Assembly: GCA_051362555.1 (NCBI GenBank)
Contig: CM120647.1
Span: 7,006,001 to 7,070,000, forward strand
Length of the DNA stretch: 64,000 nucleotides
Direction: 5' to 3'
Source: Lingula anatina
Taxonomy: Eukaryota; Animalia; Brachiopoda
Positions within the stretch are counted from its first letter, which is position 1. Each line of letters begins with the position of its first letter. Of the stretch, positions 12,656 to 28,190 are shown piece after piece. The position numbers and the translations under genes were made by a program. The notes under the pieces are model-generated. The model was not told the origin of the DNA. It was given only the letters and a program-made list of their open reading frames with translations, and did no database searches.

Positions 12656-15600
12656 GTAAGTAAACCTATCTTTTGAAATTTAACTTCAACCAAAACCAAA
12701 TTTGCATCAAATCTGCACGCGTGTGTGTGTGTGTGTAGTAAAATGAACTGTGTTTCTCCAACATTATACCCGATTAACAATAGGCCTAAGTGGTGTAAAA
12801 CGGCGATGATCCGCCACTGAGCAGTTTACATGTAATATGATGGTTTATAAATTAGCTGATGGCTTAATCTGTTAGCCACCGCATGATTATATAAATTTTT
12901 GAAAGCAATGTTCTGATTTATTGTGTTTAAACAGATAAAATCCCACTCCCGACCCTTCTTATGAAAATATACCCACAGTGCTTGAAAACATCCTTCAAGA
13001 TTAACCATAACACTCTCCTAGAATGCCATTGCATAATCTTCATTACCAAGTCTTCTGACTCATTGTAGAAATTAAGGAAAAAGCAAATATATTTTTGGGA
13101 ACTGTTCCCTGCCTTTAGACAGTGTTCAGAATCGAATGATAACTTGTGACGTAAACACTTTCGTTTTGATACGGTTAACCCCTGATGGAAAAGTACGTAG
13201 TGTAGTGCAATAAATGGCTTGTAAACAGGTCCAACATATGCCAGACCGGTGCTAACTAATGACGTCGATGTAAATTAATGAGAGACTTGCACTAGCGCGA
13301 CCTGTTTGGAATCCATCTCACACTTTGTGTCGCCTGTCTTATACACCAAGGTTTCATAACATTAAATCATGTTTCAGAAAACTATACCCGACGAAGGTGT
13401 TTGTTGGATGTTGACATCCTGGGCGGGTATTAACTCTTAGAGCTCTATGAATAGGCGTTCATTTTCGCAAAGTTATAATGGAAACAATTAAAATGTCTTT
13501 TCTAGCATCAACTGCTTTAACTTGGGTATAGATATGGCTAAATATGAAGACAAATGAAGTGCCTGACTTCATAAAAAAGGGGGGAGAGTCACTAAATTCC
13601 CCAGAAGGGTCACTCAGACCACCATTTATAATTAATAAGTCACAAGCCGTTGAAGGGAGTGGAACCGCTATTCAAGACTCCTGCTAGGGCAACCAGTCCC
13701 ACTCTCAAGACACAGAACAGCTTGCATGACATTGGCAACCTGTCACAGACGCTGAACACGTAAAGAATTGTCATCAATTCCCTTTACTGACTTCAGATTT
13801 ACAGCCAGAACAGCAATGGCAGAAATCGCGAGTCCAGACGCGTGCGCTCTTAAGCAAGGGTAAAGGTGATATGTGAATGGTATGTGGTGGGCTATCATTA
13901 CACAAACACAGTCCTTTTCACATAAATAATGGCAATCTCACCGGATTTTACTACTGGGACAAAATCCTGTTCTAGCTGGTATTGCCATTCCTCCGTACAG
14001 GATAGGTCATAGAGCCTTTGTACAAGTTGACAAAGCATGTCCTCATAGCACCCAACCAGGCACATGGTTAGATTTTATATAAATCCCATTAAACGGCGGT
14101 AAACTCAATAACAATCATGCTGTATATTTTTACAGGCAACGGAGAAATTCGCCTTCAAGATGGAGACACGCAGTACCAAGGCCGTGTGGAGATCTACCAT
14201 AGCGGGGAGTGGCGGAGGGTGTGTGAGGAGGGGTGGGGACTTAACGAAGCCAAAGTTGCGTGCAAGCAGCTAGGTAATGAGGACGCCCACGTTGGTAAGT
14301 ATCACGTGTCTTGAAAAATCAGTTTATCTTTTCACTTGGAGACACCCCTAATGCCAGGGAACAATCAGTGGTGAGACAATTCCGCTCTACTTCCATGGGT
14401 AATTTGGAAAAATGCCCTTGCAGAAAATAAAACCAGAGATGTGATTACAATACTTGTACACTGCAGGCATATGGCAGATCTTAACGGAATGGCAGGTCAT
14501 ACGTATTCACCGAAAGACAGTCTGATAATGTTTGTGTCAAATTACCATAAAGATCTTAAAAAAGTAGATAAGACTCCACATTAAATTTGGAACGTTTTCT
14601 TACAAATCATTTTTCATTACTTTTTCCCTATTTTGTTGACTGATAGCTGAAAATAAGGTTTAAAATCGCGTTTTTTGTTTTGATAACTTTTTATAATCTC
14701 TTTGATGTCATGGTGACACCACTTCCTTCATTGAATTCGCCAACTAAGCAAACAAAAATAATTGCTGATTTTAAGCCATGCGAAAACATCCTCACAAAGG
14801 ACCCTCAAGTAAGTGTCGGGTCACAGCAAAGGCCGCCGGTTCACTTGGCCTCATCTGGTTGCTACCGGCAAGTCAGTCCTTGGGATAGGTTTTAGGGGTG
14901 ATCCAGGCTTCATCATGACAGCACGCTTGCACATAGTTCGCATGTGGTGACTGAAATGTTGCAGTAGGCCATTGTTCTGATGCTGGAGAAACCATCTTTG
15001 AATCCAGATTATAACCCTACTGAACACCCGTGTCATGAATTGAAGTGTGCAATTCAAAGAAGAGCCAAACCTTCAAATAGTCCGGACCAATTCCGCCAAG
15101 CTTTTTAGGAAATATGTGGAAATTTCCCACAAAACAGAATTTTTACCCTTGTTGAAGGCAATGGCGCCGTCTACAGGAGATAATTACAGTACGCGGTTAT
15201 CACACACGCTAATAGACACGTGACTTTTAACGCGCACACCCTAATGCTAAATGTTTGTAAGTTAATTTGGTGACACTTGGTGGTGTCAATTCAGTTTAAT
15301 GGGCATTTCTTTACCTCCATGGAAATGACAGTGGAACATCGGATTTGAGGGGGTACATGTAATAATTGTGAATAAATGGTATTTAATATGGATATCTTAA
15401 CCGCTAGTTTGCCTTTTTCTGTACCACTAATCATGTTAGTTATAGTATATGGAATGAAAATCACTAGTCATAGTAATTAACTACTGTGATGGGATGATTT
15501 ATAAATAAAAGCACATGGCACTGAAGGTGGGAGAACCTTTTTGACCAATGTTGTATATTATCCAATGTCATTAGCTGAGTGATTGAACGGGTTGAATTGC

Positions 15601-18600
15601 TGCCCTGCTACTCTATTAACTAAAACCTCTTCGTCCCAATGGGTCAACACTTCAACACGCCGAAACGGCCTTTGAAACAAGCGCGCTTTTGTGTGCGTGG
15701 CTAACAGCCCATAACCGACGTCACATTTGTTTGTTTGTTTGCCTACTTTTTTTTTCAAATCCCTGCAAAGGGCCTAGGGCAGAAAACTTGGATATTGCCT
15801 CTTTTAAGTAGATCTTCATAGCTGTATCACTATGGTGCAACTAAAAGGACATTGCTGTTTGCGTTGGAAACACTCAAGGACCTCTTTGTACCAGTCGGTT
15901 TATCCAGCGGCATCGTGCAAAACAACAGACAAACAACAGTCTGAATAGTTCGTATTGGAAGCCGTTACGCGATCGCGAAACACTTACTATTTGATCAAGT
16001 TCTTAATGACACAGCGTTAGTTTTGCATTATTCATTTTTACCTCCGTCAAGGAGGTTATGTTTTCATCCCTGTTTGTTTGTCTGTCATCAACATAACTCA
16101 AAAAGTTATGGACCGGTTTAGATGAAATTTTCAGGAACTGTCAGAAGTGGATCAAGAAACAGATGATTAGTTTTTGGTGGTGATCCGGATCAATAATCAA
16201 TAATCAATAATAAAAAATATCGAAAATTTAGGGGTGAAACGGCATTGGATCGAGACTTTCCTGCCTTGGCGGAGGTCTGCGCTCTCCGAGTGCTTTTCTA
16301 GTTAACTCATGCTTTCGTGAACTTGACATTTACTATTTCGCTATACATTGTTGATAACCTAATAAATTAATACTTGCTCACTAGAAGGAACCCAAACATT
16401 AAAATGTGTCAAAATATACCGTTACTTGAAGTTACAACACGGTATTGAAGGATAATTATAATGAACTGGCTGAATAAATTATGTAGTCTTATTTTTCGTC
16501 TTTTATTTTCAACATACATGTTTAATCACTGGCTTTTTTGTATAACCTGATTTCATTCAGCAAGAGTCACCATGGAGGAATTGTGCAAAAGCTTAATAGC
16601 TAGGTCGACATATTCATTTTGAATGGGCCATTTGACAGATAGAAACTGAACTATACGTTCTATTTTATTTCCCAACAGCGAAAATCAGCTATAGCCCCCG
16701 AGGCACAGGATCCTTTTGGTTGTCCGACCTCAACTGCACCGGCACTGAAGAGGGTCTGTACAACTGTTCTTCCCCAGGGTGGGGCAACGTCAGCTCTGCA
16801 TGTGACACAGGAGACTACGACGATGCTGGGGTCATCTGCAAAACACGTACGTAAATGTGGATATGTATTTAAAAAACGACACGTTTTTGAGACACCCTTT
16901 ATACAATTTTTCATTACTGGTAAAGCAAAAGATGGAGGTGGGATCTTGTGGACATGGTGAGAATGGCTGAACCTGGACGTAGCGTAGAGTTAAAATGAGG
17001 GCATTCACCTCTGGTGCATTAAAATACAAACAGCAGTAATTTAAAAATAATTCTTTGTCGTACGGGAAACCAATGTAGTTTGAATAAAATAGGTGAAATG
17101 TTTGATCTGAGATGAGTTTTGTTCACAGGTCGTGCTGCAGCATTTTGGACAGATTGTAGTCTTTCAGTTTGGTAGGTATATATACAGTAGACTGTTTTCG
17201 TAGTCAGGATGTGAAGTTATGAAGGCAAGAACAAGCCTCTCCATTTGACCTTTGCCAAGGATACTGTAGCAGCTCTGCATTTTTTTTCTGATGCCGGCTG
17301 CCATATCGCACCTATTTTCAAAAATTATTTCTATGTTTTTAACTCCTCTTTTAGCGTGACCATTCTGTTTCCGATTTCTAGTAGTTCTAATTTTTCTGCA
17401 TCTTTAGAGAAACGAGAGATGAAATAAACTTCTTCTGTTTTGTCATCATTAAAAACGAGTGAATTGGTATTAAGCCATTGATTCAATTGAATGATATATC
17501 TCTAGTTAAATGGTACATCAGATGGCACATCTGATGACCTGTCGCAAACAATATAAATTTGTGAGTTACCTGCATAGAGCATAAGGCTGAAACCGTACCT
17601 AAAAACAATAGATAGCTTTCGCACCTGCACGTTTAGGCGACCGACTACATTTAGCTATCCGTAACCGTAAAATGACCAACGTTTATTTTTTCGTGATTTC
17701 GCAGAAAGACCCGGTTAGCCTTTACGGATAGTCGAATTGCACAGTGGGCTGAAACATGTTTCACGTGCTGTAAGCAGAGACGTTCAAATAGTTCATATGC
17801 CATTGGACAAGTTACATTATTTTAGAATGGTCTTCCATACGCAATTTATGGAGATCAGGTGTAACGAAACTCAGGGTCCGTGTAGCAGAAAGTCCGCCCC
17901 CATATAGTTAGATGGTAAGGGTTGGCCTGACCTTAGTGGGACAAAATCTAGGCCGAGGCTCACCTGTACAAGTGAATGGGAAGTGGAACCTCTGTTATAG
18001 GGGAATCTCTGTCACGTTACACTGGTCTTCTGGTCAACTGCCATACCTGTTTGTATGGCAATCAGATGAGTCGGTACTTTTAACTAGATCCTCCCACCTT
18101 GGAGGACTATTTAGCATGAACTATACGCGTATACATTGTGTGTATGGGAAATTAAAGAGTAGAATGTAAAATGTATACCGCAAGCAAACATTTATTTAAT
18201 TGAAATCTTGAATTAAAACCAATGTTTTAACAAGATTCAGCCCATGTGTATCTTGTAGGCAGCAAGAGCATGGTATGTCAATTCAGTTTCTCGTCTCCAT
18301 CATTTGTTTGTCTTTCTCAGTTTGAGCTTCTGGCTCTTTCTTTTCTAATTCAACGCCTTCTTTCTCGAAGGCTTGTCTCTCAGGTAACTGACGTAATCTG
18401 CTGATGAATCAGTACGGCGCTTCTTAAGAGGCGGCATGTTGGCCCAATATTCAGCTGAAAAATAAGCGTGTCACCAATTTATGCAGCGTCAGTTTTTGCT
18501 ACTGATATAATAAATATTAATCAACATTTGCTATTAGAGACAATTACATGTATAGAAAGATGTGCTGTCCTTACTTTTATTTATTATTCATTTATTCAAA

Positions 18601-21511
18601 TACACAAAACAGGACGCCATGTGACTTTCGAAACAAAGCTTCATAAAATTTGCATAAAAAGTCAAGGAGAAATGTCCTGTCAACTAAGGGAAAAAATCAA
18701 GCTACTAGTAGTATCTTACTAAACGGCACTTACCTTACGTATATCCTGCGTCTTATGCGTCAACTGCAGACGGCTAGTCTACAGACCACTTATTAAGACA
18801 TGTGTACTCGTAACAACTGCTCGCAAAATGATGACCTAACAGTCTTATCATACAATCAGTCACGCGTGCGGAAGGCCAGTTCTGACTGCCTTGTGGTCAG
18901 TGGAAAATGCCCTTTTTACGGGTAAAATCTATATTTCAATAGTATCAAAAACATAGACACAAATGACAGAGACAAAATGTTTCACGTATATTGCAAAAAT
19001 GAAATATCCAATAAATTTTTCGGAGAGAAACGATCAATTTTGAAAGGCTTGATTTCATAAAATTATGCTGATTTGTCACACCGTTTTTCATTGACGGATA
19101 GTAATCTAGCCGAGGATAATGTTCTCTCTAACCGTATGTGTACACGTCATTAGACAGCAATATATGATGACCTAAACGTAGTCGTCTGCCTAAACGTGCA
19201 GGTGCGAAAGCTCTCTAATGTCCTCGATTGGTGGCGTTTAAAGTGAGCGAACAGGATGGGGCCGAGTACAGGGCCCTGTGGTACACCACAAGCTAATGGT
19301 GTTGACGGTGATTTCTATGTGCCTATGGAGACTGATTGTTCACGCCCGGTCAGGTATGATTTGAACCATGCCAATGCAATACCATCTATGCCGAAACGAT
19401 TTTTCAGTCTATTGAACAACATCTCGTGGTTTATGGTGTCAAAGGCTGCAGAGAAATCAGGTTGTAAAAGGACCACTTGTTTCTGATCATGAATTGCCAG
19501 AAGAATATCATTATGCACCTTGAGCAGCGCCGTTTCAGTGCAATGTTGTGCTCTATAAGCCGATTGAACTTTTGCAAAAACATGGATGAGTATGCAGATA
19601 TTCACCTAGCTGTGTCGCTACTAGGCGTTCCAGTACTTTTGATAGAAATGAGAGGTTTGAGATGGGACGGTATTTCTGCGGGTCATTAGAGTCTGGATTG
19701 CCTGTGGTCTTTTTATGAGTGGTCAAATTACAGCTTTCTTGAAGCATCCAGAGGCTACACTTATCTGATGTGTTGAAATGTAGTAGTTATTCTATGCATT
19801 CCCTTTGTGAGGTAAGTTGGAAGGATGTCCAATTCTGATTATTTTGGCCTAGCGGCGTTTATCAGCTTTTTTATTAGTTTGGGAGTAGTGGTGGTGAATT
19901 TTCTGAAAAGGCTTGGAGATGTAGGAGGAAACTGAGTTAACTCAGAGGCATGGTTTTCCCTGTTATTGTGAAATGTTTCATTCAACATCCTTTATGTCAT
20001 GGAACCTTTTCTTCGAGGACGGGGCATCAACATTCTGTCTTTTCTGGGTGTGGTTCCCCTGGGTTGCCCTTGCCAAGGCAATTTTGCCAATGTATCTGTT
20101 TGTTAGTGATGTTGTTTGAAACCGATCAAATGCCTATAGTTTCAAGTAGCATATTGTTTCAAGTAGTATAACTTAGAGAAATACCAAAAGTCATTGTTTA
20201 ATTTTACCCTAATATCATCGAGGGATCGAGGGATCTATTCAGTTTATCCCTTGGCATGTCGTATAAGAAACTAGTAGAAGTGGTTAACATGTGTTACTGG
20301 GAATCCATGCTCCACCGTTGCTCGGTTCGTATACCTTTAAATAAAAATAATCTTAACAATAAATTTTGCTAATTGCCTCAATTTTTTTTCCATCAAGTCT
20401 TCTATAGAAATGTCATTTGTATCTTTTTTTTAATCTCCAACTTTTTATATTTATATTTATTTTCTGTGTAAGCAGTGCACCGAAGTAAGAAATGACTCTC
20501 AACTTCTAATTCTTTTTTTTATTTTTTGTTTTGCATCCTGGCATATTATTTCATTTAAAGGTGTATTTGTATTCCGTCCAGTTTCTACATGCAAAGGAAA
20601 AAAATGTAGCAATGTACATAATTCGGTAGGGTTGACACTTTTGGTAGGGTAGTATACATGCATCATGTTAGTCAAACATAATATAATTATTCGATGCACA
20701 GTGATACAATAAAAAAAATAAATATATACTTGACGTTCAATTTAAGAGGGATTTTGTTTATGTTTTCAGCCAGTGACGGTGTCTTGCGTCTTATTAACAC
20801 ATCAAATGCGTACGAGGGCCGCTTGGAAATATTTTTGGCCGGGAGATGGGGGAGGGTTTGTGACTACGGCTGGCGCCTGACTAGCGCTGACGTGGCGTGT
20901 AAACAGCTTGGGTTCACCGGAGCCCACACACCAGTAGTAAATACGTCCCCTAGGGGGACAGGTGAGTATATAATTTTTAGACTTACCTGAATTTTAAACT
21001 TATTGTTTATTGTTTTATAATGTCGTTTTAAAACAATAGGTATTGACGTGAATATATAACATCCCAGCAGGCATAGTTGAGTTGGATCAACGTTGAAAAC
21101 AGGTTGATACGTTGAATTGCCGTTGATCTACCTAAATTCAAAGTTAAATCAACGTTGATCCAGCCACGTTGACTCAACGTTGCATTTTGGTGAATGACAC
21201 AACCTTGCAGTTATGGATTGTAATTTAAAATATTAATTATTGAAAATGTGACACTTTGTTTATCAATACTGCATGTAACTAAATTTATCAAAATAATAAC
21301 AAAATGGTTTTAAAGTAAAAGTGACAGTTGTTTTGTGTCTTTAGTTAACTAGTGGGTTTTCTTAACTTGTTATTCAGAAATACATTCCAATAAACTGAAT
21401 TGCTTGCAAGGTCAGCTAACAATAGGATGAATAAGTTGCTGCAAATGTGATGGAGTTAGCAGTTCTTGGTAACCTGTTATAGATAGACAGGTTGAGATGA
21501 CTGTGAACTTG

Positions 21512-21564
<53 letters not shown>

Positions 21565-24500
21565 ATCTAGACCTTGGACATTCTAACTTGGAGGACATAC
21601 ATTTATACTCTACATATATTTAGCCATCAACCATGTCCTACTGCTAAACACATCCAGGCAAATTTCTCGCTGGGTGGGGTTGATATAACATTGTTTTCTG
21701 ACGTTGATACAACCTTGTTATCTGAGGTTGACACAACTTTCAAATCCAACGTTTATTCAATGTCTTTTCAATGTTATGGTTCAACATTGTTTCAAAGTTT
21801 TAAAAAGCAACATAATTTGCCCGCTGGGATTGAACACTTTTAACAAATAAAGAATATGTAGGAATGCTAAATTATTTATTAAAGGTAAAATGAAAATAAA
21901 TTGACATCAACATAATTTTGATATATACCTGTAATCTTTTAAAAATATTGTGACTATAATATCTACCAGTTCTTTAGAACTTGTTTGTGTATCAAAATAA
22001 TTAACCAAGTGAAAACATGTTGTTATTGTTTGCTATATATTGACACTGTTAATTTACAATGTTGTTGTGAGGCCAAAGCATGCAGAAATGTTGATCAGTT
22101 AAGCTGCTTATTAGAGAACATGAAGAGAATAGAGTAAAACAAGACCTTTAATAAGTGGCGAATGTAGCACAGTGATTGCTGATAGTGCAACACCGATTCT
22201 TTTACCTACAGACAGAAACATGAAAAAGATTCTGCAAGTTTAGATTATTTCGAAGGGCATTGACACTATGGCGTAAAGTTATATAATGGAACAATTAACG
22301 GCTGTTGCTTTTGGTTAATACAGAATATTGTTTTGCAATCCAAAGTCAATGTCTTTTGTTTTTGTAATTATTCTTCTCAATTACCAGGTTTTTTCTGGAT
22401 ACAGAATATAGATTGCCAGGGGTCTGAGACGTCCCTGGCTGATTGTTCCCATGACGGTGTTGGAGAAATAAACTCACGGTTTTGTGTTGAGACTTCCTCA
22501 AATGACGCCGGCGTACTGTGCAAGGGACGTGAGTAGACGTCGAAAATGGATCTAGACGCCCCCATTCCCTTGTTTTTCAATCTCAAAACCATAGCTGTGT
22601 TAAGATAGAAAGTGTGTTTTTTTAAACAATTCAATTCAGTTTATTAACCTTTAAGCCCTACGGCTCATCAGAATCAAACTAAAATATTAAGATGATTTTT
22701 TTTTTACTAAAATGGTATATATATATATATAGTGTTTATTTGTAATGATGTTGTTTCTCTTTGGATTTCTAACAGCCAATGACGGTGAAGTGAGATTGAC
22801 CGGCGGCAACCAGTATCAAGGTCGAGTTGAGATATTCTACGCAGGTAGCTGGGGAATAGTGTGTAAAGTATATTGGTACACGTATGAAGGACAGGTGCTC
22901 TGTAGACAGCTTGGTTTCAGTGGGGCGCTGCAGTCCTGGTCTGATTTTGTCTCGAGGACAGGGCCACGAGTGATGCTAGGTATTGTTTGTAAGGCTTTCA
23001 GCATATCCAACTGAGTGGCGCCGGGTACCGGTACTGTCTGTCTGTCTGTCTGTCTGTCTGTCCCTCTTAGTGTTGCTAGGTACTGTTTGTGTGTAAATCT
23101 GACTGAGTGGTGATTGGTACTATTTGTGTATGTTTGATTTTAGTGATTGGTTCTGGATATCGTATGATGCTGCCTGCTGTCTCTCCTACTGAGCGGTTCT
23201 ATGGATATTGCCTGTCCATTTGTTATCTCTGGTCTACTTATAGGTGCGTGCGTGTGTGTGTGACAGCCAGTCAAGGACACATGCCTATGTATTTTAACGG
23301 TTTTCTCAACGTAAACTCTATTTATTAGAAATGCTCTGTCAAATGTACGCTCATTTATAATTATAACGTCTACATGTGCATGTGTTTCTAACAACTCATT
23401 CCTCCATGAGCTGTCTCCATGTGACTATGTGACTTAAATAAATAATGACAAATAACGGTTTGTATTGTGTAATGTCGATTTCCAGACGAAATATACTGTG
23501 ACGGTACAGAAAGTCGACTGGATAACTGCTCTCATGGAGTGATAGGTTATCCAAATTCATTTGGTTGCACGGGGGCCTATCCCCACGAGATCAGGGCTTG
23601 GTGTGAAGCGCGTGAGTATTCTGCAGTTCACGGGATTGTACTAAGGGAGGGGGGTAAATATGCTTATTAAGAAATACCAAAAATAGGCAGGGAAAAGTAT
23701 TTAAATATGAAATGTTTTATCTCACCCGTTAAATATAAAGGTTTGAGGAAGGGTGAGAAAAAGCCTTGCCTAAGAAGCTAATCAAGGGTATAGTGTGACT
23801 ATTGTGCCCTTCCAGGACGAAAATGAGGGTCCATGTAACAGAAAGTCTACCCTCCATTTTATTCAATTTAATTATACAGGTTAGGAGTGGTTAAATCTAG
23901 GGCGAGGTTTGCCTTTGCAGATTAATGGGAACCGAACTGTCTATTATTGGGGGCTTTCTGTCACATCACACCGGTTTCTGTATTGTAGTACACACAGCAA
24001 ACTTGATGTCACTTTCATTACGTAGATACATTAATTTTGTTTTAATGATAATAAAAATAGTTTTATTAAATATAATATACAAAGAAAGAAAGATAATAAT
24101 AAACAATATAAATAAGGGACACTGAGATTATAGTTATGATAATATTTAATAATAGATATAGCTTTAGCATAATTGGACGTGAAGGGTATATATAGCAGAA
24201 CGTAGAAAGTTGCCATAGTTTAGGCGTTACAATCTTTCTTGCACGTGCACTACACAGTACATTGTAAGAGTGTCCAAACACAGTTGCAGCGTCTGCAACT
24301 GCTCCTACATGCACACTTCAGCTCCACTGGACAAAACACCGTAGCTTCTTGCAAATGTTTCCACAAAGGTGTCCACTGTTCTGCACAATGCCAACCCCAG
24401 TCGACAGGAGGTGATATTCATATTATATATGACAATTAACTTAGTACTAGCCGAGATATCTCGACCATGCAAGACTTCTGCTTTAATATGTGCCTGCACG

Positions 24501-27500
24501 GGTAGAGCAGTCTTAGTGAGAGGAAGAGATGACATCTGTGGTCTTTGTGTGTGAATAAGAGTTTGCAATAAGATCTGCAGCAATATATCCCGATGCATTA
24601 TAACCACCCTTTCTCGGTAATTTAAACAGTCCAATAAAGGTGCAATTAGCTTGTTACTAAGGTTATTCCATTTCCTAGCAATGGTTGCTAAGCGACGTTT
24701 TGATATTTCGGCACTTCCATTTGAAACGCTCAACAAAGTCCAAAGAACATAAATACCAATGTGGTGCTTTTTTCACATTCCGAGTAATTTTGGCAATATA
24801 TAGCACCAATAGTGTAGACTGATAAGTTTTCCTAACTTTTCTAGCTGACGACGGCCAACTTCGTCTGCTAGACGGTAACGGCTACAACAGCGGCCGCGTG
24901 GAGATAAAATTTGCCGGAGAATGGAGGCGTGTTTGTGACGATGGATGGGGAATCAACGACACAGCGGTTGTATGCCGTCAGTTGGGATATAGCGGATATG
25001 TTAGAAGTGTAAGAAGTAAGCCAAGTTTTTTTTTTTTTACTGAATAAATAAAAATACAAAGAAAGAGAAAATAAATGTGCTGCGGTGTATGGACTATTTA
25101 TATACATTTTTTATAGACCAGCTATGTCACTTATTCTAGTCATACATTATATAAGAAAGTAAAAACACTTATTTTTTATAATCAAAAGTAATATTGTTTC
25201 AAACCAATTTTCTAAAAATGTAAATATTCAAGACCTCAATCCAAGATGGCAGCAACCGCGTTACAAGTTTCCCAACCTTGAGCTTAAAAGAATTAATGGA
25301 TAAAATTATACTTCATTTTTGTTTACTGTGTTTTGTAGTATATCTTTATTTAAATGAATACATACAAATCGTGGTTTTATCAGTTGAATGTCTAAAAATA
25401 TTAAATCATAAATTATTGTCAACAGATACTAGTTTGCACCATATAAAGCATTGCATCCATGAATCAGCATTGAAAAATGACGTGGACATATGAACATAAC
25501 GGGAGTAAATCTTTTAGGGTCATACCAGTACATGTATCATCATGGAATCTTTCAATAAGGAACATATAAATTCCCCTATAAAGCAAGAAGAGAGAGGACC
25601 AAATCTGCGTAACCCATTGCCTAGGGGCTACAGGGCCAACGTTTGGTTCGATTGTCTGGCCAGACGGTAGACCATAGGCTGTTGGAAAACGTCTGTGCTT
25701 CAAGAATGGCAAAGAAACCACACTTGACACCTGCTCATAGAGCAAACAGGCTTCAGTGGGCGCGGCGGCATCGTAACCTTACTGTGTAAAATTGAAATCA
25801 CGTGATGTTTGCTGATGAGTCCTATTTTCTACTCTATCCAACAGATTGAAGAATGAGAGTGCGTAAACTCGTCGGAGAGAGGCTGTTGACTGAAAATATC
25901 CAGGAAACGATAGATGGAGGAGGTGGTTCCGTACATGTTTGGGGTGCCATTTGCAGCAACAGGATTTCCCCATTGCTTCCTCTGGATGAAAACCTTTACG
26001 CTGCTAGATATAGGGACATTCTCCAACAGAACCTGGGGATATTCGCAAGAGTGATATACAGAGACACTTTAGTTGGCAACATGACAGTGCAACTCCCCAT
26101 ACAGCCCGCTGAATAATCAACTGCATTCGCCAAAACAACATTCAGCTGATGCCGCAAACAACAAAAAGCCCAGATGCAGACCTTATTGAACACATTTGGG
26201 GCGAACATGGTAGTGCCATTCAAAGGAGAAACTCTCCCCTACAAATCTATATCAAATGCGAGATGCCCTTAAAGATGAATGGACCAGCTGTATCTCTTTC
26301 TTGTTCACTGTATGCTATGCCGTCTGTTGGCCATAATTGAAGCTCGCGGTGGATTGTTTCTCATAAAAAATTGGTTACAGGTGGTTACAGCTAAAGTGGC
26401 GAGGAAGAGCTGTTGAATAATTGGGCAATGGTAAATTGTATTTGAACGAAAATGAGTGTTACAATGAGGGCCATGACAAAAATAATGAACACGTGAAGGA
26501 AAAGAATGAGCGTCATACTAAGGAAAAGGTCAATGGTAAGAGGAATTTGAATAGAATTTCTCACTACAAGGATAAAGACAGGAATGACAAAAGTGAACAA
26601 AATGAAAATAATGAGTGGTTTGATGTTTATGGAGAACTGAAAAGCCTCAATTGGGAGGTACAGAAAGATAGAGTTACCCACCTCTTGAAAAATAAGACAT
26701 TTTTGATAAGGCATTTTTGTAGTCTGAGAGATTATGTCCTCTTCGTTGTCCTACTTACCCTGTGAAGTGACAAAAAAAAAAAAAAAAAAATTAGACGAGA
26801 TGCAATCACCCCCTAGCTGCTCGAGGAGACGTGCCATTCAGTCAATCTGATTCAATCTGATTGCATTAAGCGATAGTCAATGTGGGTTTGGATTCATCAA
26901 CGTTGAACAATATCATCCTAACGCACCCTAAGTCAATTTTGAGGTCCGCGCGGCTGCAGCGGCAAGATGGAGGTAGCGACTCCAATGCTCAACGTATATA
27001 CATGTATGTATACACATCTACGAAGCCAAGATTGTGTTAGAGGTAAAATCTGTTGAAAGACCTGTGTCGAAGTAAGATAACTAGCAGGTATTAAAACATA
27101 TTTCGTTACTTCATATACGATTGTCTTTATATTGTGTCAAATTTATATGTCTGTTCAGGTTGGACACCAAAGGGGAGTGGATTCTTTTGGCTGTTCAAAA
27201 CTGGCTGTCTGGGAACAGAGAGCAACCTTACAGATTGCAGATATGGTAGGGTAGGGGCAATCTACTCTCGGTCATGTGACTCAAACAGTTACAATGACGC
27301 TGGCGTATACTGTCAGGGATACTTACGTACGTATGCCTTTCAGACTGCTAGTCTATCTGACTCTGCCTGTTTTGGAATATTTCTTGTCCGTATGGCTCTA
27401 TATCTGTGTCGTTTGTATTATTATATTCTTTAAGTTTATTATCATTGATATAAATTTAGCATTTTTAGAGTATGAGTCTTATTTTATTTGTAAAATGTAC

Positions 27501-28111
27501 ATGTGACGAAAAGATGCTTGATGGGGTGCGACACCTGATTTGGGCTTAAAATATTGTTACACTTTGCAGACAAAAGGTAGAGTCCATAAATGTTGAGATT
27601 AGTATAGGTAACGGCGTGGTCCAGAGTTATTGTACATTTGTACGGAAGTGAAATGTTATTAGAGGCTCGAGAAAATGCGTGATGAAAAAGTTCGATATGT
27701 AAAAGTGTATATCAAAGCAAATCACTGAAATATACATGTACAATCTATTTTTAATCAGCGGGAGTTATCCCCACAAGTACAACCACACGAACCACAACAA
27801 CCACTGTGACAGTAAGTCATATTTATCACTTTCATAGTTTGCTTCATTTTTTACGCAGAATAGTTTTAAACTCTGTCTGGAGGATATTGCAACAAATTAA
27901 CTCCGTTTGAAAAAACAGTCATTTGTTTTTAGAATTTCTATTAAACTGCATCATTAGCGTAATCAAAACACTATTCATCTAAAAACATTTGTTCATAGCT
28001 CCAGAAAGTAATTTCAATTAATATAAAAAGACTCTTTGCAGTCAAACGTCATCATTGGCGGGTATTCAATATATTTTACCACGGCTGGTAAAGCACATTT
28101 TTGACCAAAAC

Positions 28112-28190
<79 letters not shown>

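Noticed and set aside
26391-26765. Overlapping charged (+) and hydrophobic (-) ORFs
   Set aside because: Purine-skewed low-complexity intronic DNA with no recognisable domain or paralogous exon.
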